Of a stretch of 64,000 nt of DNA, positions 54,737 to 64,000 are shown one piece after another. The translations under genes were made by a program, and so were the position numbers. Positions within the stretch are counted from its first letter, which is position 1, and every line of letters begins with the position of its first letter. The stretch comes from Eimeria praecox (lineage: Eukaryota): the NCBI GenBank assembly GCA_963920595.1, contig OY986947.1:3906001-3970000 (forward strand). The letters run 5' to 3'. Under the pieces are notes generated by a model. The model was given only the letters and a program-made list of their open reading frames with translations. It was not told the origin of the DNA and did no database searches.

Positions 54737-57650
54737 TGTAGCATGCTCTGCCTGATATGGGTACTCGTAGCCTCACTTTCTTGCAGCCTGACTAAGTGGG
54801 ATCAAGTAAGAGTTTAAGAACAGCCTGCACTACAGCCTACAATGCTACCGCATGCGGCAAGGAGGCTTTGGCTCTGTAAAGAGAGGCTTCATTCTTAGTT
54901 GAGGACTGTTGTGAGCTGCAATAAAATCGATGATTTAACAGAAGAGCTGGGCAAAGGCAGATGCCTTCCCACCCAGCCAGCAGGCGCCCTGAGTGCAGTT
55001 GCCTTACTTCGTGGGCAGGTGAGGGAAGTGATAGGAATGGCATGGGCTGCAACGCACCATGCTGCACGCAGTTTTGCGAGGCAGCCCCACACGCACACAC
55101 GGCCAATGCCCGTTTGATACATGCGCTGGCATTGTAGGCTGAAGTGCAGGATGTCTTTAAATACTCGATTTCCCATAGCCAACCTACGAGAAAGTAGGAT
55201 GGGAAACTCAAGCCATCACCCAGAGATTGCTATATCTTTCTCCCTTAACCCGCACACGTCCCCGTGTGCATGATCGCCTAAAAAAAAGAAAGGGAGTACG
55301 GAGCGGGGGCTCATGTTATACTTACTGTTGCTGTAGCTGGTGCTGTTGTGACCGTTGCATCAGTTCCTCCTGCTCCATCAGCCGCATATCTGGTTGTATT
55401 CGGTTGTTACTGTGCAACCAGTGCTGTTGCATCCCAAGTTGAGACATCGATCGCTGCTTCACCTTTGGTACATGAGCTGCTGCACTTGCTGCTCCAGCCC
55501 TGGTTCATGCGGCACCTCCCTTTGTATTCGGCAATACGGAAATTTACCCAAGGCCGGTAGTTAAAGGTTTGAGACTTGCCTGTTTTTGCCGTATTTCTGC
55601 TGGGCCTTCGGTTCCCTCTTCATGATGTGGGGGTCACTGGTACCTCACAACAAAGCTTGAGGCTGCTCGGGGAATGAGCTTGATGCAATACGCTGTGCTT
55701 ACAACGGGCAGTCCGCCCGCTGAAAGCTGGAGTACGCCTGGGAACTCTCCCTTCACATTTTAGGCCTTTCTGCTGTTCCTTCGCTGTTGACTGGAACGAA
55801 TCCCACCGAATCGCGGTCTTCTTAGGATCATCACGATAGGATGCATGCATTTATCTGTCCTTTCGTGCAGGGCCTCTGAGACTGAGCTGCGGGGAAGCCG
55901 CCTCGCTCCTTTCTCCGTGGAGGACTGATTCCAGTTTCCCATCTGTAGAGGACACAAATGCGGTTGGAAGTGCCGAAAGGTGCATTCTCCCAGCGGTTCC
56001 CAGCATATGTATCTCAAAAAAGTCGAGTGGGGGCTGCGCACGCTCCCACCAATAAGTTAGTCACGGTATGCATTAGGATTACATCGTGTTGAACGGGTCA
56101 AACATAGAAACCCCGTGTCAGAGTCAGTATGCACCATTTAAGAGAGATCTCACTTGAAACCCAACAACATTACCGACCGTTGTGTCCTGTCTACCGTCCG
56201 CAAGGGGGAGTTGTGTTTGATGCTGGTAATCGTACCTCTACTGCTCGCAAGCTGACTAAGGACGATCAAGTAAGCTTTTAAAGGGAGTGTAAACTATGGT
56301 TTACAATGCTAGCACACGCAGAAAGGGGCATTGCTTGTGTTTGCTTGCAAGGCTGCATTGCAGTACTATCTGCCGAGATGTGCGCTGCCGCCCAATCCAG
56401 GCCTACCTGTGTCCCTACTGGCACAGACCCTTGGGCAACTCTGCCGAACAGGGTTGGAGGATGGATGGCGCCCTCTGTTGTTGAGTCTATTGCAGCTCTC
56501 GACAGCCCTCGGATAAGACTGAGGACTCTCGCTACACTCGGTATCACTGCATGGATCATCAGGGCAAGCAGGAGTAACTAACGTCAACCCGCAGCGGGGC
56601 TGCTTAGCGTGTGGCAACGACCACATGAGCCTTTATATATTCTTTCTAAAAACGCTTGTCAATGCCACAACCGTTTCCCCCTGTATAATCGATATAAGCA
56701 TTGGCCAATCATCCCGGGAGGCAACCCACGGCTGGCAACCTTGCCGAGCAAAAGCAAACTCGATTCCCGCATACCATTCGGTGAAAAATACATTTCTACC
56801 CAATTCAATTCATAAAGAGTGCCTTAGCTTCTGCTGGCCATGCGGATATAACGGGCGTCGCAAAGCGAAGCCAGTAAGGGAATTCCTTCGTCCCTCCATG
56901 CATACATCAAAAGGTACCAAAAGGTCTGCAACTCGCATAGGCATCTTCGTTATTAGAAGGGGACAAAAGGTGACGATGACTACATCTAAGCACAAGCTCC
57001 CCTTTCCCGGGAGCACATCAGGATCATACATGCCTTCCTGGAAGCCCTGCTGTGCCGGTTTATTCCCAGGTCTGCAGAGGGAACAGAAACGTTGTAGAAG
57101 CGGTAACTGGCAGCAGCCAGCAAATTGATCTCCTAGAAAGCCGGGAGGAAGTATCGAACAACTTATCTGATTCCTCTGCAATAAATAAAATTGCATTTTC
57201 AGACATTGCAGACGCATGAAATGCTTTAGGAGCTGGCGAAACCGGGCTTCTAACAGCTCCGGCAGGGGAACAAACAGAAAGACCAGAGGGACGCCCGGGG
57301 CCCAACGCAACGAACGACACAGTAATGGGGGCAAAAGATATGATACGCGCACTGGCCGACCCTCCCCGAGTCACTTAATTAGATATGCACTAATGGTGAG
57401 GAGTTGCTAGCGCTCCTTTAAACATGCTATGAGGTGGCTCTGTGTCCAAAGCTACTGCGAGGCCGTGCAACTTAAAAGTTCTTTCGCTAGCGTAGTGTGT
57501 GCAGCTGCGCGTTGTGGGTGGCAGCCAGGGCACGAGAAACAGCAAAACATGAGTGTAAAGGGCGATCTTTTTCCAGAGGTTAGTCGCATTACTACGGCAC
57601 GGGAATTCTGTGCGGGGACAATTCACCACCATACAAGCCTTTGCGTGCAG
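54737..57650. mobile_element. Cluster of nested or decayed LTR-retrotransposon fragments
   Basis: Repeat copies at ~54737-54880 (+, truncated), ~54960-55235 (-, preceded by purine tract AAGGGAGAAAGA) and ~56210-56470 (+). Includes copy 2 of the 0.9-kb duplication. Weak gag/protease-like broken frames at 56600-57600 (-). Confidence 0.55.
55245..56175. repeat. ~0.9-kb dispersed duplication, copy 2 (copy 1 at ~43650-44570)
   Basis: Long stretches of identity with 43650-44570. Confidence 0.95.
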
Positions 57651-57949
57651 TGGATGACTCAGGGGACGGCACGCATGCGGCCACCACGCGACACTATTGA
57701 GGCATTTATGCTGAAAATCGATGAGACAGTGCTTGTTTCAGCGCTTCCAGCAGGAGTAGCATGCTCTACGCTAAGATAGTCATGGATGTCCACAGAAGAG
57801 AGGAGCGAGGAGGCTCGTATCTACTGCAGAGGCACTACAAGAAATGGATGGGAAATACGTGCAATCCGGCATGTTGGCCCTACGAGGACTGCAGAATCTG
57901 GGAATTATTCTAGTTAACACTAAAGGAGCAGCAGAATTGGGCACACATT

Positions 57950-59100
57950 AAGGGAGGGTTCTCATACGTAGAGAATAACAAGGCGCTTTCAGCCACTCGC
58001 TAGCCTCCCAATGCACCGCGTCGAACTCACGCCTAGAGCAGTCTCAACCTTTGTCCAAGTGCACCGGCGACCCCCCTATGCTGCAAGGGAAATCAAGGGG
58101 CAAGCAGAAGTGCTAAAAAGGGCCAGGGTCAACCGTCCTATAGCGTCTATGGAAAAAACCCGGTGTGCTGCTTTGTGCCCTGCAACTGCCACGCGAAAAG
58201 CAGTGCTTAAGAGTAGAAGTGTTAGTATTTAATGCAAACAACTAGTGTCTTAGGGATTCTTGTCTCTGCAGCAAGATTTGAGCCCAAACCGACGAAGATA
58301 ACTCAAAGTCGAATGCAGCCGCTACCCTTGTACGCTCTCATCGATGCCCAGAAGTTCCTGCGTCTTCCATCGTACTATCGCAAGTTTATTCGTGGATAAA
58401 ATCTGCAGCGCCACCCCTCTAAAGGGTCCATTTAAGAGGGACAAATAACATGCTTGGATGGTGAGAAGATGAACCTGCCAGATGCCTCATCGGGCAGCTG
58501 GCATCGTCTGCAGTACTCGCGCTCCCTGATTTCGGCAAGTGTCTTTTCCTTAAGACTGACGCCATCGGCACAGCTGCTGGGGTGATGGCCTCTCACCGCG
58601 GCTGGCTCAAAAAAGCCCGTGGTGGTAGACTCTTACTCACACTTCTTCACGGGAAGGGAACAGCATACAATACATGAGAAGGAGCTTTAATCGGTCTCGT
58701 GAGGAGTAGAGAAGTGAAGGCATTACTGATATGGCACGCATTTCACAGTTCAAACCGACGATCAAATGAAGAGTTTCCAAGACTAAGGTAAGTGAAGAGT
58801 CGTTAGGTGGCTTTTGCGGTTTACGCAGCACCATTTCACAGTGTAGTATATTGTGGGTATCACCAGAGTGACCGCCTGCACACTCCCCCGATGCCCAATA
58901 GGTCAGGCATTGATAGGGATTTTCATCAAGTATGTCAAAGGCCTTTTTGATTTTTATCCTCTTCCTAGTTACTGCTACAAGCTAAGCAACCCGGTTGTGG
59001 GATGGGGTTCGTTTCTCGTACATGCCTCGATGGATTATACAGTGCTGCCAAACGTGGCGAGAGCCCTCGATCTTACCAATGGACCCCCACGCGCTTAGAG
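57950..59100 (+). mobile_element. Decayed Ty3/gypsy reverse transcriptase / RNase H remnant
   Basis: HRVELTPRAVSTFVQVHRRPPYAAREIKGQAEVLKRARVNRPIAS resembles the gypsy RT N-terminus (HxIELxPG...EIxxQVxELLxxGxIRPS). YTVLPNVARALDLT near 59040 resembles the RT-RNase H linker. Frames are broken. Confidence 0.55.
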
Positions 59101-59139
59101 TTCAATGCTTAAAGAAGGAGTTCGTAAAAAAGTGTCTGA

Positions 59140-59430
59140 CCTTTCCAGCCTCCAAGCGTCCTCCGCGCAGCTTACCAGGGGACTGGGCAGGCGTCCACAA
59201 GAACAAACCTGCCACGGGCTGCAAGGAACCTTGCTGCAGCTGGCCCTGCAAGACATCCCCCCATGCACACACAACAAACGCCCCTTTGCTCAATGTGCTA
59301 GCATTGCAGACTCTGGTTTAGACTGTTTTTAAATACATGTTTGATCCTCCGCAGCAACCCTGCGAGCAACTAAGGGTACAATTGCAAATATCACGTACAG
59401 CACCCTATACCGTGCCCCCATGCTGCTACA
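59140..59430 (-). mobile_element. Copy of the dispersed LTR-like repeat
   Basis: Shares ttccagcctcca..., ttgctgcag..., tagcattg... and atgtttgatcctc with the copy at 46050-46290. Confidence 0.6.
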
Positions 59431-60639
59431 CGAACAGACTCTCAGCTTTCAGTAAGGGGAGAGAGCAACAAAAACGATAGCCCGTTGTTCACTCATGATA
59501 GGCGAGCCAAAAATTTTAATAGGTGTGCCGACTCATTCTACCAAAAGTTAACTACGGAACGTAACGGCTCCTCCAGGATGACGGCCAGGCTACCTGTAAA
59601 CAAGTTGTTTCGTACAGTGTATCCTGCAACATTTGTGGCCTGAAACAACTGATGAGCTAGAGGACACTACTTATTTCTCTAGATACCCTATTTAACAACC
59701 AAAGCAGAGTGGTCCGGTTTTGTAACCCTCCCGTGCCAGCTGTGAAGGGTGGAGGTGCCGAGGGGCACACCTAGAAAACAATAGACGGGTGTAATTCCGC
59801 GATACACACTGTATTAGAGAACAGGTAGACTTACTGTCCCATACATGCAATACTTCCTATATTGCATACTTGTCCATGATGAGCAGACATGGGTGCACAG
59901 GCAGGAGTGCAACCACCCGCGAAAGGGCGTCCGGAGCACCTGCCGCAGCAGCAGCCGTGCACACGTGGCGTTCAAGTGTCTCGCCTGTTTCATAAAAACA
60001 CTTAACTACAAATATGACGTTTTTCTGCATCTCTGCCGAGTTTTGCCGGCAGGAGGTGTCGCTCATTTCCCTTCTGGACTACGCGTAGGTCGATAGCGAG
60101 GCCGACGGCGACTGACTGGCAGGGACGGCCAGCGGAGAAGGGCAGGCAACGCATCGTTCCTTATTTTATATAGCAGCTTGTACCTCTTCTGGGACTCTAC
60201 AAGCTCCATCGATCAAACAGGACTTTCTCCAGCTTCCCGTTGTGAGGGTGGGAACGACATCCATAGCCTCTGCCAGCTGTGGGGGGCGACTAGCAACAGA
60301 CTTTCAGCTGAGTGCATGGTGAACACTTTTGCTGTGAAAATTTTAGAAGTGGTGTATGCTCATTAGTCCACCCTCTGGGATGAGTCGGCTCATGCCTGGG
60401 TTCTCAGTTGCGGGCCTCTCGCATGGCATATGGTGTGGAGTATGTGGACATATAGTTCAGAGAGCGCATGCGCCTCTTAGGTGGTTGCTAGCTGGACGTC
60501 ATAGCATTGCACTTCTGCCTTGGGGACAGGGAGGCCGTATTTGAAGGTAGCGATCGGAACGGCGCTGTTTGCAATGCATCGGGTTCAACTTCGGGTCCGT
60601 AGTAATTCGGGTTGTGCTGCATTGAAAATACTCCTGCAG

Positions 60640-63631
60640 AGGATCCACAGAGAGGCTTGTGTACATCCTATGTGCTGCGCTTGCAGTTCAATCATTTCTG
60701 GCGGCGTTCCCTCCCCTGGGCAGGCTGGCCACCCTGCCGTTTGAGTCCATTTGGGACCTGGAACAGCAAGGTGCTGTAGTTGAGCCACCCGCAGTAGCTC
60801 CGCTCACCAAGGAATATCAGGGCCTGAAAATGCTGGGAACATTGTGGCAGCGGGTGCTGCCCGTTTTCACTGAAGAGTTCTGGGCAGAGCCATTGAGGGC
60901 CCCAATGATCAGCCGGAGCTGCCGACATCTAGTGTGGGGTGTATGTCTTGCCTACATACCTATAGTTATATTTCTCCAAAGGATGCATGACAGTAGGATG
61001 CGGAGACAGAAACAGGCCTCACACCCGCGAGCCTGTGTGGGTCCGATCTTGAAGGCAGTCACTTGCCTTTGGAATGTTCTCCTTTGCATTTACTGCTTCG
61101 CTGGCTTTTGCGCGTTGGTACGTTTCCAACCCATTCCGCAGTGTGTGCTGTAGCCCTACCATAGTAGGCTAATGGTGTACAGGACTTTAAGGCTCGTTTT
61201 CTGCTTGTGGGCTTTGCAGATGTGGTCATCGCCAAGGCTTTTTAGCACTTTTGCGTTTCCTTCTTCCAAGTATCCGCCACTAACGCGGTTGGTAGTCTGT
61301 ATATTTTGTTTGGGAAAGGGCGTGGAGGTCTTCGATACCTTTCTGCTGTTTCTTCGTGGGCGACGACCGTCTTTCCTCCACTGCTACGCACGCGTAGCTG
61401 TTGCGCTGTATTGCTGGCACGCGCTTTATGCGGATGTGCCATTTGCGCACGGCTTTGTCGCAGCAAATTTAGCTGTGCAGGTGTTTGTTCACGCCTATTT
61501 TGCAGCTGCGGAGTTTGCAGTAACCAAAAGGTACGAGTACTTGATTCAATGTTTATTGCCTGTCTCCTTGACGGTAGATTGACAACCCTCTCTCGGCCCG
61601 CTAAGGTGCATCAGCTTCTACCAGGCGCACATGCTTCGTAAAAGTGCCTTGTGTATACCGGTGTTTTCCAGGTTGTTCACATTCCTTCGGTCGTACATTA
61701 CGCTCCTCCAGCTTTCACAGATGTTTTTTGGCATGTGCATCAGCTCCCATGCCATTTACCACCCACAAGTCCAACAGAGTGCCCTTGCGGTTTTCAATGC
61801 CAAGCTGTAAGTACCTCTTCTTCAACCAGCGGTTTAAGACTAGTGTTTTGAAGCATGGGGAACCAGGGTGTAAAGACAACAAGTGGATATTTCATTCTTG
61901 TTTCCGGTAGGGGCCCCACTGAGTTGCGCTGCGCGTGTGCAGCATGGCTTCTGCAGATGCTTGGCGATGTACATTTCACATGCCATCCTTTTCCTCCAGT
62001 TTTACCTTGACGCCTTTTGCAAGGAATACAGAAGCGGAGAGGCGACTTTTCTTACTTTCTTCCACGCCTTTGCTGTCATTGGTATCGTGAAGCTTGTGTC
62101 GCACGAGCAGTGCTGGAGGCTATTTGCTGATGTAAGTAAATGGTTGAGACTCCGCGTATCTTCTCATCCAAACGTCGCTTGTTGCAGTTGCTGCAGAAAT
62201 CGCTGTTATTGACAGTGTGCCATTTAGCTCATGGAGTTGTGTTTCGCAGACATTGTTGCTCTACGTAGTTGGAGGTTTGGGCATTACCTGTGGGGCGCAT
62301 CGCTTGTGGTCGCATCGTGCCTACAAAGCCAGCGCAGGTCTGCGCTGCTTTTTGATGCTGTTAACGTCCCTGGCCAATCAGGGATCTGTCTTTCACTGGG
62401 TGAGTTGCAAGCGCACGACTTACGAATTAAGACACTTACGCTCCATGGCAGCTCAGTTGCAGTTACTTCATATGCTTAATTCCTTCCATTTATCAGGTGT
62501 GCAGATTAATTTGTGTTTTTGTACGTTGTGGGCTTACGCGGCCTGCAGGCTAGGGATCATCGCGTGCATCACAAAAATAGTGACAAGGAAGGCGACCCTT
62601 ACAATGCGTCCCGGGGCTTTTTCTACTCACACGTAGGATGGTTGCTGCTGAAGAAGCCCCAGTCAGTAAAAGATGCTGGGAAGCAGTTGAGCTTCGATGA
62701 CCTGCTTGCTGTGAGCATCCATCCAGCTGGCTAGTGGCACAGAATGCATGCATATGATCCAACTCGGGGTGTCTGCGTGAGTCCATTTCAACTTGAAATC
62801 GAATGCGGCGCATTCTACGTTTGAATGTTCACTACGGCTCTTTAGGATCCTTTCGTCCGATTCCAGCACAAGCTGGATCCGTGGTGGAACCAGTTCTGGT
62901 GCTTCGTGGCTCCTGCTATATATGCGCACTACAAATACAATGACTTTTGGACGGGCTTCTTCGTACTTGGTGAGCAGACCGACACCCCAAGGCCTTTGGG
63001 GCAATCTCTCAAGCACCCAGCGTTGTTGGCGCATGCTGTCTTGCATTTTCCCGTGGTGAAGGTTCTGCCGTGCTCTGCAGGTTGCTTACGATGGTGCATT
63101 TGCCTCCACGCCACGTGGACGGTAAATAGCACTGCGCACATCTGGGGGGACAGGCGCTACACAGTGGAAGGCAACCCGTGCGAGAGCTGCTTCACGTCTC
63201 TCGTTGCTGTGGGAGAAGGCTGGCATGACTGGCACCACAAGTATCCATATGACTATGCAGCATCGGAAGGGGGCGTCTTTGACCAGTACAACCCCAGCAA
63301 ACTGGTGGGCCACACCGTTGAAGCGTTGCAACGTGGGAGGCTGATTGCATTCTTGTGCGCCTACTGATCTAGATTATACTTCGTTGCGTACTTTCTGCAG
63401 TTCATTGACATTTGCGCATGGCTTGGCTTGGCATGGGAACGCCGGCGTGCCACTGCAGCCTGGAAGATGCTGAAGGCCGAACGTGAGCAACAAGCCGTTG
63501 TTAGACAGCAAAGGGATGCAGAAGCTCGCAAAAATTGTGAGGCTCTCTCTGCGGTTCATAGCCTTCGAGAGGTCGTCCGCGTCAAGAGTGCGCATACGAG
63601 CACGTTCCAGTCTCTGGTGTGTACACACTAG
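60640..63631 (+). CDS. SCD: Fusion of a degenerate ELO (GNS1/SUR4) elongase-like domain and a delta-9 (stearoyl-CoA) fatty acyl desaturase
   Basis: Exons ~60640-61117, 61220-61530, 61672-61806, 61957-62131, 62250-62399, 62549-62710, 62846-62969, 63081-63304 and 63401-63631 are phase-consistent GT-AG. ELO motifs: WNVLL, KGVEVFDT, YITLLQLSQM, MYISHAILFLQFY. Desaturase motifs: GITCGAHRLWSHR, DHRVHH, DPYNASRGFFYSHVGW, VNSTAH, GEGWHDWHH. The start exon was not resolved, and the 3' end could be further spliced. Confidence 0.9.
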
Positions 63632-64000
63632 TCCGCACGGCAGTGCAGGAGCACATCGCTGATCCTTCGCTGCGGTATACGCTGCCAAGAACCTTCGTCT
63701 TTTACAACCCACAATGTAGCAAAGTCTTCTGTGCCTCAGACGTCCTGTTGCCAGTGTTGGTATGGTGCTTTCCTCAGTGGAGCCTAATCTTGGATATCTG
63801 CTTGGTGGCAGGCGCCTACGCGCTCACGTGGTGGTGCTACTCGGCCTGTACATCCCGTTTGAGTACTGCACCCCAGGCGCTTATGGAAGCTTCTCCCTAC
63901 GTTCTGCTTCCACTTCTTCTCATCGTTAGCAGCGCGGTTTTGGGAACACTATTTTTCTCCCTGCTGATGCATGCATTTGTGGCAGCCAACGGCACGTTCA

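Overview
Eukaryotic, intron-rich DNA with the hallmarks of an Eimeria (coccidian apicomplexan) genome: CAG/CTG tracts, intronic telomere-like AAACCCT arrays and TGCATGCA octamers. About the first 9 kb is repeat-rich and the rest is repeat-poor. Genes were reconstructed by eye from splice sites and intron phase. They are a 6-exon alveolin/IMC protein (-), a WCGHC thioredoxin-domain ER membrane protein (+), eIF3f (+), a single-exon secreted/TM protein (+), a roughly 1000-aa hypothetical protein (+), a coiled-coil gene containing about 10 near-identical 670-bp two-exon tandem units (+), a small TM protein (+), FCF1/Utp24 (+), an OST3/OST6-family subunit (-), and an ELO-like domain fused in frame to an intact delta-9 acyl-CoA desaturase (+). 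The ELO histidine box in that fusion is destroyed. Intergenic DNA carries decayed Ty3/gypsy remnants (gag, protease, RT, RNase H, integrase) and about 10 diverged copies of a dispersed 200-400 bp element that behaves like their LTR. The best leads are the pseudo-elongase/desaturase fusion, the exon-pair tandem array and the cryptic LTR-like family. No searches were run, so novelty is untested.
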